In this document: piece after piece, positions 1-10,569 of the stretch
Layout of the letters: every line of letters starts with the position of its first letter
How positions within the stretch are numbered: position 1 is the first letter of the stretch
Assembly (NCBI GenBank): GCA_044347345.1
Contig: JBIKUX010000002.1
Coordinates: 64,001 to 128,000 of the forward strand
Length of the DNA: 64,000 bases
Source of the DNA: Bdellovibrionota bacterium
GTDB taxonomy: Bacteria; Bdellovibrionota_C; UBA2361; JBIKUX01
Reading direction: 5' to 3'
The notes under the pieces: generated by a model
What the model was told of the DNA's origin: nothing
Databases searched by the model: none
The model's input: the letters and a program-made list of their open reading frames with translations, nothing else
Position numbers and translations under genes: made by a program

Positions 1-625
1 TAAAAGGAACAGAAAAAGAGGATAAAATTAGCTGTAGCCTCGACGGCAAGTCACTATCTGACTGAAGCTTGTCAAGCCAATTCTCTATTTTAACTATCTC
101 CCCATCAACAAGAACCCAAAAAGCATTAAATGCTTCGGCAATAAGGGCAATATCTGCATAAGAAGCGATAGCAATCGTTCCAAATTCATGTGCATCTTTA
201 ACCTGATTCAGAGAATTTGAGCAGATAATTGTGGGCCCAGTAACTATGTATCCCTTAAAATCACCTAAAATTTCGGTTAAATAACCGATGGATCTTCTCC
301 CGTAAGGAAATTTTCCATAACTGATTCCATGTTCAGCACCGGAACCCGACTCTAATCCCTGAACTAATGCATCAAGACCCGATAAGTGACCTAAACTACC
401 CTCCGGAAATAAAACCGGGGCATAATTACCAGCTAACGAAATCGGATACTTCTTAGCTGTAAGAATAGATATTTTAGAATCTACCTCAGTTTTATTTGTA
501 AATATGTTACTGAATTTTCCTATTAGCGCGTCTTTATCACCTAATTTAAGTAAGCTCACAAATAAAAGAATATCTTCCTCACTCAACTTAACATCACTGA
601 AGTAACGATGAGGTTTGTCTGTCAT
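1..625 (-). CDS. Hypothetical protein, runs off the window edge (MTDKPHRYFSDVKLSEED...)
   Basis: Manual translation: ATG at 625, open frame to position 2 with no stop; absent from the ORF track because truncated; divergent from the 689 operon. Confidence 0.7.
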   Translation of the reverse strand, partial: MTDKPHRYFSDVKLSEEDILLFVSLLKLGDKDALIGKFSNIFTNKTEVDSKISILTAKKYPISLAGNYAPVLFPEGSLGHLSGLDALVQGLESGSGAEHGISYGKFPYGRRSIGYLTEILGDFKGYIVTGPTIICSNSLNQVKDAHEFGTIAIASYADIALIAEAFNAFWVLVDGEIVKIENWLDKLQSDSDLPSRLQLILSSFSVPF

Positions 626-688
626 TAACTTTCAAAGTCCTCTAGTATATATTTAAACGTCTTTATAAATAATCAGATGCAACTTTAA

Positions 689-1978
689 ATGTTAAATAGA
701 AAACTGTTGCTCTATTCACCAAGGTCTATTCTGTTGCTTACCATCGCAGTAGGAGCAGGAGCAATTTTCTACTCAAAGCAAGACCTAATTATATCAACAA
801 TTATTTTAAGTTTTGCTGGCATTACAGCCATAACGGGAATTATCACGGTGATTTATGGAATTTACCTAAGAAAAAAACAACCATTTCAAACCAATATCTC
901 AGGCACAAACTTCAGTACGAATGAACAAGTATCCCTTAACTTAGTTCTTCCAAATGTAAAGCTCCTGCCTGGTTACATGATTATAGCTAATTTAGCTTTT
1001 TCGGAAAACATTATTTCAATATTACCCGTAAAAGCTAAGCTTAAAAATAATTCATTAAAATGGGAGATAGTAATCTCTTTGCCACACAGAGGAGAATGGA
1101 AGGTAACTAGTTGCTCAATTTTTTTAAGAGATTTTCTTGGTTTGACAAATTTTAAAATTACTAAAGATACAAATTTGTTTCCTATAATAAATGTATTTCC
1201 ACAACCAAAAACTAATCAAACTATCCCTTGTTTATTTGAAGGGATTCAACGCGGAGACGATATATCTTATCAAGGCACAAGAAATGGTGATTATTTCGAC
1301 TTAAAAGCCTACCAACCCTCTGATGGGATTAAACGGATTGTATGGCGTGCTTATGCTCGCTCAGGTCAACTTATGAGCCGGATACCTGAGCCTACGATAC
1401 AAATCACTGGCAGATTACACTTATTTATTTATGCCCTACGGCCCGATGATGACGTGGTAGCAGCAGTTATTAAATATTTAAGCGATGTAGAACCTTTCGG
1501 TACAAGTTGGATTGCAACTTGTTTAGGTGCAGGCGGACGATATACATCAGACAACATAGAGGAAATACTAAATTTATGCCTTACTTCAACATGGAATAGT
1601 GAATCAGCCAAACCGGAGCAAGAGCTTAAATCATTCGTAGACAATTTATATCAAGAGAGTGTAGTTGGATCTACGATTGTTATAGCGATTCAAGATACTC
1701 GCTTAATTGAAAAAAGTTTTCAAAAAATTATCAACAATTTTGGCGACTTTCTTCAAAGCAAAGGTATTACGCCTAAACTACTCATAGCAGAAACTCAAAA
1801 AAATAGTTCTCTACAAAATGGCAATCTACAATCAGGTAATTTTAAAAGCTTCTCTTGGCTTGTTAAGCCATTTTGGAATTTTAATCATTCTAACTCATCA
1901 AGTGCTTTAAGTAAGACATCTCTTGAAACTTGCTTAAAGCCTTATGTTGAAAAAGGCTGGCATATTGCAAATGTATAG
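689..1978 (+). CDS. DUF58-domain membrane protein (MoxR-associated)
   Basis: Two N-terminal TM segments, RGEW...DFLGL, and GDYFDLKAYQPSDGIKRIVWRAYARSGQLMSR matching the DUF58 core; operon with MoxR. Confidence 0.85.
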   Translation: MLNRKLLLYSPRSILLLTIAVGAGAIFYSKQDLIISTIILSFAGITAITGIITVIYGIYLRKKQPFQTNISGTNFSTNEQVSLNLVLPNVKLLPGYMIIANLAFSENIISILPVKAKLKNNSLKWEIVISLPHRGEWKVTSCSIFLRDFLGLTNFKITKDTNLFPIINVFPQPKTNQTIPCLFEGIQRGDDISYQGTRNGDYFDLKAYQPSDGIKRIVWRAYARSGQLMSRIPEPTIQITGRLHLFIYALRPDDDVVAAVIKYLSDVEPFGTSWIATCLGAGGRYTSDNIEEILNLCLTSTWNSESAKPEQELKSFVDNLYQESVVGSTIVIAIQDTRLIEKSFQKIINNFGDFLQSKGITPKLLIAETQKNSSLQNGNLQSGNFKSFSWLVKPFWNFNHSNSSSALSKTSLETCLKPYVEKGWHIANV

Positions 1979-4259
1979 TAGATCGTTCTCAACTGTTCTT
2001 CTCTTTGCACGTTCTCTTATATGGATAAGTTCTATCCTAACTCTTACTCACTTTTTTGGTATATCAGTAAATACTACCCTTTTGTTTGTAGGAGTAGTAT
2101 GCAGCGTTCTTATTGGAGATTATTTAGGAAATTTACCGCTAACTACTTTAGGAGGCATTACTCTTTACGGATTAGCCATTGTAGGAATTTGGATTACATC
2201 TGCACTTTTGGCTCAAATACCTCTTCCATCTAACGTAGATCTCCTCCAATTAGCGATATTTTTGGACTTAATCAAGGCACCAATCTTAATATGCACTATA
2301 GCTTCTTTTAATACATGGATTTTAAAACGATGGGAAGGAATTGCAATCATTGAAATAGTGAGCTTTATTGTAGCTATTGCTTATGCTTTATCTAGCCATC
2401 AACAATTAAATCTTGACAGACCTAAACTCGCAATAGCTTTAGCTTGGCAGCTTAATATAAACGCTGCCGAATTTTTTATACTTACTGGTGGAATTTTACT
2501 GATTATCACTCTGCTACATATAGCTATTTGCAGTAGTTTTCATCAAATAAATAAGTTTAATAACTTTAAATATAAAAATTATAGTTCTATATCAAAAGAT
2601 GGTTTATTATTTAGTGGCTCAAAATTAAATTATTCACCTCTATTCACTAAAGAATGGTGGCAGGCTTTTTGTAGGCAATTTATTGCAGTCATTGTTTTAG
2701 CACTGATAACTATCCTGATAAGTTTTTCTTTCTATCAAACTCTTCCTCTTAAATCTGGTGGTCAATTAACAAACGGAGTTGGTAGCGGTAAAGCTGAAGA
2801 GGGGAAAAGCCCGCTTGGTTTTCATTCTGCTCTAGGAGCTACTAAAGAGCCAGCTGCAATCGTTAGACTAGACTCAGATTACTCAAGCTCCCCTTTTTCT
2901 CCGATGCTATATATCCGCGAAAGTGCGCTATCCCAAATTGGAGGGCGTGAGATGGTCGTAGCAAACGAACGTTTTGATACTGATATTCCCAAAACTTCCG
3001 TTAATCTGCCTTTTGAACGTGCCCCAAATACAAATCTAATAGACAGAATAAAAGTAGACCATTCCATCTTTCTGTTATCTTCTCAAGATAATCCATTTGC
3101 CATAGATTACCCCATTCAAATATCGCCAATAATAAACCCTAGTCCTAATCGTTTCGTTGGAGCTTATCGCGCACAATCGCTAGCGCCCACTTATAACTTC
3201 AAAACTTTAAGCAATACGCCTGTGGGTGACCCTCTCTGGAATGCTGAAGAGCGAAGCCATTATACTGCTCCTCATCCTGACCCTCGTTATGCAGAAAAGG
3301 CAAAGAATATAGTGGGTTCTCTTTTTCTCCCCATAGATCAAGCCAGAGCAATAGTTAACTATCTGTCAAAGCATGCTACATACACCCTTCAACCAAACCA
3401 TGATGTTCAAGATAAGGATGACCCTGTGCTTCCGTTTTTGTTCGGCGACCTCCGTGGCTATTGCGTTCATTTTGCCCATGCAACGGTATATATGCTCAGA
3501 AGTCTTGGTATCCCCTCTCGAATCGCCACGGGATTTATGACTGATTTAAGTCAATCTAAAGATGGTCATATATTACTTAGAATGAGCGACCGACACGCCT
3601 GGGCAGAGATTTATATTCAGCGCATAGGATGGGTTCCATTTGATACTCAACCAGAACAAGTTGAAAGCCATGCCGATACCCAAGTCGATAGTAAAATACT
3701 GGATGAATTAATGGGACTTTTGGAACCTTCAAATGATATCTTACCGTCACAAGATAATGAATCAGAGAAGAAAAAAAACCTGTTAAATTTTACTTTAAAA
3801 GATATCTTTAAATACGGTGTAACCTTTTTCAGTACTCTTTTATCTTTAGTCATCGTAACTAAAATTATGCTCTGGTATGGATGGCGAATTTTTATAAATT
3901 CGGAACGAAAAGCTAAATGGATGTACTATGCACTACTAGCACGCTATTTAGACTCAGGATTAATTCGCAACTGGGGAGAAACTAGATTAGAGTTTACGCA
4001 AAGAATAACGGCCACAATCAAAGAAAGATTCAATCAACTACCGCATCTAGATAATAATTGGAAGATAGCAGAAGTTCTATCAACATATGCTAATTATCTA
4101 CACATCAGTCCTTCTGATAGAGCAACTCAATATCAACTCTTAACTAATACTTTTACAAAAGATATGACAGAGTGGCGCAATTTACCGCTATATTTCAGAT
4201 TAGCTGCTATAGTCAGATTACGCTCAGTGGTCGCTTTTTTCACTCACTCAATAGGGTAA
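1971..4259 (+). CDS. Membrane-anchored transglutaminase-like protein (TgpA-type)
   Basis: Multi-TM N-terminus; GYCVHFA (Cys), LRSLGIPSRIATGF, HAWAEIY (His), GWVPFD (Asp); ATG 1971 overlaps the upstream stop (ORF track starts at 1944). Confidence 0.9.
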   Translation: MYSRSFSTVLLFARSLIWISSILTLTHFFGISVNTTLLFVGVVCSVLIGDYLGNLPLTTLGGITLYGLAIVGIWITSALLAQIPLPSNVDLLQLAIFLDLIKAPILICTIASFNTWILKRWEGIAIIEIVSFIVAIAYALSSHQQLNLDRPKLAIALAWQLNINAAEFFILTGGILLIITLLHIAICSSFHQINKFNNFKYKNYSSISKDGLLFSGSKLNYSPLFTKEWWQAFCRQFIAVIVLALITILISFSFYQTLPLKSGGQLTNGVGSGKAEEGKSPLGFHSALGATKEPAAIVRLDSDYSSSPFSPMLYIRESALSQIGGREMVVANERFDTDIPKTSVNLPFERAPNTNLIDRIKVDHSIFLLSSQDNPFAIDYPIQISPIINPSPNRFVGAYRAQSLAPTYNFKTLSNTPVGDPLWNAEERSHYTAPHPDPRYAEKAKNIVGSLFLPIDQARAIVNYLSKHATYTLQPNHDVQDKDDPVLPFLFGDLRGYCVHFAHATVYMLRSLGIPSRIATGFMTDLSQSKDGHILLRMSDRHAWAEIYIQRIGWVPFDTQPEQVESHADTQVDSKILDELMGLLEPSNDILPSQDNESEKKKNLLNFTLKDIFKYGVTFFSTLLSLVIVTKIMLWYGWRIFINSERKAKWMYYALLARYLDSGLIRNWGETRLEFTQRITATIKERFNQLPHLDNNWKIAEVLSTYANYLHISPSDRATQYQLLTNTFTKDMTEWRNLPLYFRLAAIVRLRSVVAFFTHSIG

Positions 4260-4264
4260 CTTAA

Positions 4265-6139
4265 ATGTTACAAAAACTTCTCTGTATCACCTTTAGGTTA
4301 ATATTCGTGTTATACTTTATTACTCCTAACTGGTCATATTCTCAAAGTGCGCAATCTTTAGAAGACAAGCTCAGTACTAACCATATTGATAATTCTGAAC
4401 TTGATAAACTTAGCGCTGACGATCTTGTTGATCGTGGGGCTAAATTGCTCATTGAGCAACGGTCTATTGATGCAAGAACAGTTCTCCTTAAAGCTTTAGA
4501 GAAAAATCCAAAACTTTTTAGGGCGCATATTTTATTATCAAATTATTATTTGGGAAGCGTCGGACATTTTCGACTAGCACAAAGATACATTAATAGAGCA
4601 AAAGAGTTATTTGAAGAAGTTTATGGTCGGCCTCCTTATACGCTTTCATTTCTCAAAGCGATCCATCAAGAAATCTTATATTATATAATTCAGACGGAAC
4701 TGAATTTAGACAATTATCCTGAATCTCTAAAGGTGGTTGAGCAGTTTGAAAATGAAGGATACTTTGCTGAATGGCTCCATTCAACAAAAGCATGGATCCT
4801 TATGAAAATGGGGAAATTAGCTGAAGCTGAATCTGTCGCTAGAGAGGGGATATTTCTTTTTGGTCAATCGGGAAGATCACTAAATATTTTGGCGATTCTC
4901 CTCAGCATGCAAGGAGAAACAAACGAAGCTCTTAAAATCTTTAAACAAGCCGTTGAGATAGAGCTAAGTCTAGGAGGTTCCGGACAACCAGCTACGCCAC
5001 TAAATAATAGCGGTGAAGTATACAAGGAACTTTTCGAAGATAGACGAGCTGAAGCCGCCTGGATTCAGTCGAAAAGTTTACCCGATGGGTGTGAACATGT
5101 ACTTCCAAGCTTAAATCTTGCTCTCTTACGAATAGACCATCTTAATTTAAGTGGTGCCAAAGATAGTATCGAAACCTTCCTACACTGTTTTGAGCAATTT
5201 CCGATGCGAAATGGTGAGGAGCATCATGCTCTTATTGCATTAGCTCGAGGACGACTCGCTCTTCACTCTGGTAAACCATTCTTGGCTATATCCTTATTTA
5301 ACGAAGCACTAGAAAGAGTTCAGTGGTTTGGTAAAATTGGAACCAGCGCCGAAGACCTTTACGCTGGAGCTCTAACATCACTCGGTCTTGCGTACGAATT
5401 TGCTAACAATCATCTTAGTTACTCTCCCACATCGGGGATTTTTGAGGCAGTCATTAATAGGTATAAAATTATCAAAAATAAAGTCGCCGCATGGTGGGCA
5501 CATCGACAAGCCAGAATTATTCTAATAAAGCAACTAAATTCTTTTGAAGATCTTAAAATTAGAAATACTGATAGTCTGCTTGAATATCCCACTCTCGGAA
5601 GCCTTCTAGGAACGCTCCCTGGTTCACTAGCTGTTCGCCGTTTAAATCAACAAATAACTCAGGATCCTCGAGTAAAAGCGCACGCATACTACAAAGCATA
5701 TATAGCTGAAGCTTCAAGCAGAAAAAATCAAAGCTTAATATACAAGCAAGCGCTTTCTTCACTTCGTCCTCATGAAGACAGGCTTTTATGGATACACATT
5801 AATGCCCGACTTCTGAAGTTAAATTTACAGTCAAATAAAAAAGTAAATGAAGCACTCCACAAACTATTTAGAGTTTCCCCGAGCGCTATCCGCAATTATG
5901 GACTATTCATTCCGGTATTTGCCAGAAATTCATTAAGCGATCTAGCTAAAGCATTTGCTGGAACTCCGATTCTTATTCAAAAAGACCCTACTCAAGATTT
6001 ATCAATAGAGGCAACATTCTCCGAAAACGGAAAGGTGACTTTTATCTTTTATTCGTCATCACAAGCAAAAATTTCGGCAACAGGCGAGGATATAAATTCA
6101 GCTGCAAAGCTACTTTTACAAAAAGTATTCGTGCTATAA
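4265..6139 (+). CDS. Exported TPR-repeat protein
   Basis: Signal-peptide-like N-terminus; TPR-like helices (KALEKNPKLFRAHILLS, SLNILAILLSMQGETNEALKIFKQA, LNNSGEVY). Confidence 0.75.
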   Translation: MLQKLLCITFRLIFVLYFITPNWSYSQSAQSLEDKLSTNHIDNSELDKLSADDLVDRGAKLLIEQRSIDARTVLLKALEKNPKLFRAHILLSNYYLGSVGHFRLAQRYINRAKELFEEVYGRPPYTLSFLKAIHQEILYYIIQTELNLDNYPESLKVVEQFENEGYFAEWLHSTKAWILMKMGKLAEAESVAREGIFLFGQSGRSLNILAILLSMQGETNEALKIFKQAVEIELSLGGSGQPATPLNNSGEVYKELFEDRRAEAAWIQSKSLPDGCEHVLPSLNLALLRIDHLNLSGAKDSIETFLHCFEQFPMRNGEEHHALIALARGRLALHSGKPFLAISLFNEALERVQWFGKIGTSAEDLYAGALTSLGLAYEFANNHLSYSPTSGIFEAVINRYKIIKNKVAAWWAHRQARIILIKQLNSFEDLKIRNTDSLLEYPTLGSLLGTLPGSLAVRRLNQQITQDPRVKAHAYYKAYIAEASSRKNQSLIYKQALSSLRPHEDRLLWIHINARLLKLNLQSNKKVNEALHKLFRVSPSAIRNYGLFIPVFARNSLSDLAKAFAGTPILIQKDPTQDLSIEATFSENGKVTFIFYSSSQAKISATGEDINSAAKLLLQKVFVL

Positions 6140-6163
6140 AAATACACAATAAGGGATAGTAAC

Positions 6164-7189
6164 ATGACTTTTCAGACGATGGTGGCAGATTTACCGAGTA
6201 ATCCGACTGATCAAAGAATACTTTCGGTTCCAAAACGGTTATCAACCGGAATGGCTCAGATTATTCGCGGACGTGAAGACACAATCAACTTAGTCATTAC
6301 AGCTTTACTCGCTGACGGCCACGTATTAATTGAAGATCTTCCTGGATCAGGTAAAACGACCTTAGCAAAAACCCTTGGATTGCTCATTGACTATGAATTC
6401 GAAGGCAACAACAAAAAGCAATTGAGCACTTTTCGTCGAATCCAATTTACCCCGGACATGCTTCCTAGTGATGTTCTTGGCGTAACGGTCTTCGAAACAT
6501 CAACCAACTCATTTAGATTTATTGAGGGTCCAATTTTTGCTCACTTAGTACTTGCTGACGAGCTCAATCGTACTAGCCCTAAGGTCCAAGCTGCCTTTCT
6601 TGAATGCATGGCCGAAAAACAGGTCACAGTAGATAATGTTACTCACTCGCTCGATGAGCTTTTCTTTGTAATAGGCACTCAAAATCCCCTTGATATGGCC
6701 GGCACCTATCCATTACCCGGAGTCCAGCTCGATCGATTTTTATTTCGCATTCCCATGGCATACGTTAATTCAACAATTGAGCTTGAACTACTTCGTGCCA
6801 ATCAGTTACCTTCAGAAAAAATAATGTCCATATCTCCTGTTGTATCTAGGAGTGAAATACTAGCGGCAAGAGCTGAAATCGCCAAAGTTTTTATAGCTCC
6901 TACCATTCAAGAAGCAATGGTATTTTTGGCTGAACAAACAAGAACTCATCAAGACCTCACCGCTGGACTCTCTACCCGTGCTCTTTTGCTATTTCAACGA
7001 GCGCTTCAATCTTGGGCATTTTGTCATGGCCGATTCTTTGTAGAAGAAGATGATGTAAAACAAATTGCTCCGTATATTTTAAGTCATAGACTTAGTGCTC
7101 GAGGAGGCAAAGGAGCACTTAAAGAAATTATCGATAATCTGATTCAAAAAACCATTGAACGTATCATCAAGCCATTAATTAATGGTTGA
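6164..7189 (+). CDS. MoxR-family AAA+ ATPase
   Basis: GHVLIEDLPGSGKT, RIQFTPDMLPSD, LADELNR, TQNP, LDRF. Confidence 0.95.
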   Translation: MTFQTMVADLPSNPTDQRILSVPKRLSTGMAQIIRGREDTINLVITALLADGHVLIEDLPGSGKTTLAKTLGLLIDYEFEGNNKKQLSTFRRIQFTPDMLPSDVLGVTVFETSTNSFRFIEGPIFAHLVLADELNRTSPKVQAAFLECMAEKQVTVDNVTHSLDELFFVIGTQNPLDMAGTYPLPGVQLDRFLFRIPMAYVNSTIELELLRANQLPSEKIMSISPVVSRSEILAARAEIAKVFIAPTIQEAMVFLAEQTRTHQDLTAGLSTRALLLFQRALQSWAFCHGRFFVEEDDVKQIAPYILSHRLSARGGKGALKEIIDNLIQKTIERIIKPLING

Positions 7190-7344
7190 TCACTTAACCA
7201 AAGTGACGAGAAAAATGGGCTTTTCTAAAACGTAGTAAACAAGTTCAGTTAAATCACTCATACTTTTTTGTAATCATCCAACTTGGAATAAGCGATTGAA
7301 ATAAACGATAGCAATTAAAGCTAGATATTTTTTACTGACCTGAA

Positions 7345-7746
7345 TTAGATAAATAAGTAGATCAACAAGCTCCATATACTCGCACTTAAAAACAATAATA
7401 TCAGAGCTCGACATAAATTTACTGGGCCCTCTGTCGGCTCAAAACATTTGTCATCAGCGGATATATTTTTAAATTTTGGTGTAAGTTTTGAAAGCTCAGC
7501 TCGCTTCAGCAAGAGTCTATCGTATTTAGCCCGTTTTTTTGGATTTGACAGAACTTTATAAGCAATAAGCGCAGCTGAGAACTCCTCTTTAGCGCGAGCA
7601 GTACTATTTTTATCAGGATGTAAATTAATCGCCTTTTTCCGAAATGAGGATCGAATCTGCTCAAACGTGGCATACCTTTCAACTCCTAGCACCTCGTATA
7701 ATGAATTTTTAAGCGAGGTATCGTCCTGATTATTTGCAGCTAACAC
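7345..7746 (-). CDS. J-domain protein with C-terminal TM anchor
   Basis: LYEVLGV...HPDKN...AYKVLSNPKKRAKYD; hydrophobic C-terminus. Confidence 0.9.
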   Translation of the reverse strand: MLAANNQDDTSLKNSLYEVLGVERYATFEQIRSSFRKKAINLHPDKNSTARAKEEFSAALIAYKVLSNPKKRAKYDRLLLKRAELSKLTPKFKNISADDKCFEPTEGPVNLCRALILLFLSASIWSLLIYLFI

Positions 7747-7888
7747 ATCACTCTCATAACTTTAAAATTATTGTCTTTTATTTTTTACCGTTATTCTTGA
7801 AAGTAAAAATGACTGAAATATAAACATAAAGCAGCTCCCTAAAAATACTTATAATGATTTTAACTACTTATTCTCTACAATCAAAACA

Positions 7889-7918
7889 TTGACTTTTTTG
7901 ATTCCTTTCCCATAACGT
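7889..7918 (+). promoter_or_regulatory. Candidate sigma70 promoter for infC
   Basis: TTGACT-N18-TAACGT. Confidence 0.35.
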
Positions 7919-7975
7919 ACCAAATTTGTAGGAGCACAGTAGTTAAGAAAAACTCTTTCAACGCTTGGACTCCCC

Positions 7976-8017
7976 AGCGTTCAATAGATACAGTATGCTA
8001 CCTAGCGTTCAATAGAT
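7976..8017 (+). repeat. 14-bp direct repeat AGCGTTCAATAGAT x2 in the infC leader
   Basis: Copies at 7976-7989 and 8004-8017. Confidence 0.85.
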
Positions 8018-8070
8018 GCTCTATGCAATGAACGTAAGTACTAACTATGTATTTTGGAGGAAATTACCCA

Positions 8071-8664
8071 TTGAGTACCTTTAAAAGTGGTGGACCTAAA
8101 AAGCGGGATTGGAAAAAGCCCGTTCAAACACAAGAATCACATCGTATAAATGATCGAATCATAGCTCGCGAAGTTCGTTTAATCGGAGAAAAAGGAGAGC
8201 AACTAGGAGTACTCTCGATTCGCGACGCGCTTGCTGCTGCTGAGGCTGCCGGCATCGATCTTGTTGAAGTGGCTCCTGATGCTAACCCTCCAGTTTGTAA
8301 ACTTCTAGACTTTGGTAAGCTTAAATACAGAGAACAAAAAAAAGAGGCTGAGGCTAGAAAAAAACGAGCTGAAAATACCGTTAAAGAGCTTCGCATTAGA
8401 TATCGAACCGGCGTTGGGGACCTTGAAACAAAGCTTAAACACGCTCGAGAATTTCTCCTTGAAGGAGATAAAGTAAAATTTTCTATGCGGTTTAGAGGTA
8501 GAGAGGAGATGTACGTAGGCTTGGGTAATGAAAAATTTGATCAAATTATTGAACGACTATCTGATATAGCCTCCGTTGACGAAAGAAGTCCCCTTGCAGG
8601 CAAGCAGATATATCTTGTTCTAGCACCAGTTAAGTTAGCCAAACAAAAAACTGCTTCCAAATAA
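8071..8664 (+). CDS. infC: Translation initiation factor IF-3
   Basis: RINDRIIAREVRLI, DLVEVAPDANPPVCKLLDFGK, GDKVK...RFRGRE; GGAGG at 8056-8060 favours TTG 8071 over ATG 8047. Confidence 0.97.
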   Translation: MSTFKSGGPKKRDWKKPVQTQESHRINDRIIAREVRLIGEKGEQLGVLSIRDALAAAEAAGIDLVEVAPDANPPVCKLLDFGKLKYREQKKEAEARKKRAENTVKELRIRYRTGVGDLETKLKHAREFLLEGDKVKFSMRFRGREEMYVGLGNEKFDQIIERLSDIASVDERSPLAGKQIYLVLAPVKLAKQKTASK

Positions 8665-8679
8665 GATTGAAGGGTTAAT

Positions 8680-9978
8680 GTGACGAACGCAGTTATCAAT
8701 CATCTCCGTCGTCGAGCACCACTCTTAAAGGCGATTGAGGATGCTAAGCATCCTCAATCTCTAGTGCAATCACTTCCATCGCAAGCTATCTACTTCGCCT
8801 TAAAACAAGAGGGTCTTTCCTCCTGTGTTGATCTAATCAATATGGCGAGTGCCCAGCAGATTCGTCTTATTCTCGATTTGGATCTCTGGGAAAGAGACCA
8901 ACTAAACGAAGAAGCGTTTTGGGAATGGCTCTCACTTCCAGATGCAGATGACTCTTTGGATATATTAGAGAAAATTTTACACAATTGTGATCTTAAATTG
9001 GTAGGAATACTTATAAATAGATATGTGGAAGCAACTGTTTGTGAAGAGCCTACAGATGAGCCACCTGGAGCTCGGTTTGTTACTCCAGATAAGGGATATT
9101 CTTGGATAAGAGTCAACATTGAAAATGAATTACACAGCTTTCTCCTATCACGCTTTTTAGCTTTTATTTTCTCAAAATCTCCAGAAATTTATTATCAGAT
9201 ACTTGCCATCCCTGGAGTAGCAACAGCCTCGGTTTTGGAAGAAGAAGCCTTTCAAGAAAGAAATGGAAGATTGTTGGGTGAAGGCTTTCCAAGTGCTGAT
9301 TATTGTGCTGAGCTTCACGCTCCTATATCTCTAAGTGCCGTTCATCAATACCTAATTAACGAAAAGTCCAAGACTTACATAGACGCTAAAATGTTTGGAA
9401 TGGAGCCTCTGCTTCACAGTTCTACAGATTTCCCACCTCTTATTGATTCAATATTATCTCACCTGCCAGATACAACTAAATTTGAAGCTGAGTTAACACT
9501 AATAATGAATTCCGCTATTCTTTTTTATTCAGTATCATTTTATCATCTGGAACAAGTAGAAAGACTTTTTGCCAAGGTCATTGGAGCAATTGAAATAGGA
9601 CTAGAATCTATTCTTTCATCAGAAGAATTATCAAATAATAGTGGTACCGCTATTGAAATATATGAAAGACTTGGTCTTCAAATGCTTTATCGTCATGGTC
9701 TGGATTTATTAGCAAAACTCCAACGACTTGCTCGCAGCACCTCAAAAAAACTACAGGATAAATTAGATCTAGAGGATCCTCTATTCAGTCTTTATCTTGA
9801 GGGAGCGATGATTCGTTTTCCAGAAATTCCTGAAGAACTTCCCTCATCATTTCAAGAGAAGGGCAAAGAGAAAAAGTCAGAAAAAAATTATCTCTCCTCT
9901 AAGCTACTTCCTATTCAGTCGAAGCAAAATCTTGATATAGCTATTCAGGTCATTGAAAAGTTGCTAAATAATAGTTGA
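8680..9978 (+). CDS. DUF6178-like protein
   Basis: ASAQQIRLILDLDLWERD...WEWL and EEEAFQERNGRLLGEGF resemble this family (from memory). Confidence 0.65.
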   Translation: MTNAVINHLRRRAPLLKAIEDAKHPQSLVQSLPSQAIYFALKQEGLSSCVDLINMASAQQIRLILDLDLWERDQLNEEAFWEWLSLPDADDSLDILEKILHNCDLKLVGILINRYVEATVCEEPTDEPPGARFVTPDKGYSWIRVNIENELHSFLLSRFLAFIFSKSPEIYYQILAIPGVATASVLEEEAFQERNGRLLGEGFPSADYCAELHAPISLSAVHQYLINEKSKTYIDAKMFGMEPLLHSSTDFPPLIDSILSHLPDTTKFEAELTLIMNSAILFYSVSFYHLEQVERLFAKVIGAIEIGLESILSSEELSNNSGTAIEIYERLGLQMLYRHGLDLLAKLQRLARSTSKKLQDKLDLEDPLFSLYLEGAMIRFPEIPEELPSSFQEKGKEKKSEKNYLSSKLLPIQSKQNLDIAIQVIEKLLNNS

Positions 9979-9986
9979 TTCAATAA

Positions 9987-10553
9987 CTACTTCTTTTTAT
10001 CCGCAGATTTTTTATCATCTCCTTCTATTGCTTGCCCAGCGGCATCACTCGTGCCATCTGAAACAATCTGAGCTTTCTCCTCTATGCATTGTATGGGGTC
10101 AGAGTCACCGATATGACATTCAATTTCACGAGCAGTGCAAAGGTCTGAAACTTGCTTTTCAATAAGTCTTCTAACGGTAAAACTCATTGTGTGTAGACGG
10201 TTTGTATGTGACCCAAGCTGACCAGCTATGCAGCGCGGTGTGTTTTGATAGATTTTTTTACACTCTTGCAAGGCTTTTAACTGCTCTTTTTTTATTTTTT
10301 GATCTAGTTCAAGCTTAGCATTCTCTGTGGTTTTTTCTGTTTGGGAAAAACTACCCCAAAAAATAGTTTCTTTAGTTTCTTTACCATCAATTTTTTTAAC
10401 TATTTTATAACTGACATCAGCTCTGCACTTTGTGTCTGCCTCTACAATGCCAAAGTTAACAGGAGTTAAAAAAATAAATGAAACTACCCTAACTAAAGAT
10501 GAATAACTAAACATTGGTATCGTCAAAAATGAACATATAGGCGATTTTGCCAT
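9987..10553 (-). CDS. Hypothetical exported Cys-rich protein
   Basis: Hydrophobic N-terminal segment, six Cys in the predicted mature part, charged tail. Confidence 0.65.
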   Translation of the reverse strand: MAKSPICSFLTIPMFSYSSLVRVVSFIFLTPVNFGIVEADTKCRADVSYKIVKKIDGKETKETIFWGSFSQTEKTTENAKLELDQKIKKEQLKALQECKKIYQNTPRCIAGQLGSHTNRLHTMSFTVRRLIEKQVSDLCTAREIECHIGDSDPIQCIEEKAQIVSDGTSDAAGQAIEGDDKKSADKKK

Positions 10554-10569
10554 TTACACTATCTTTCTG

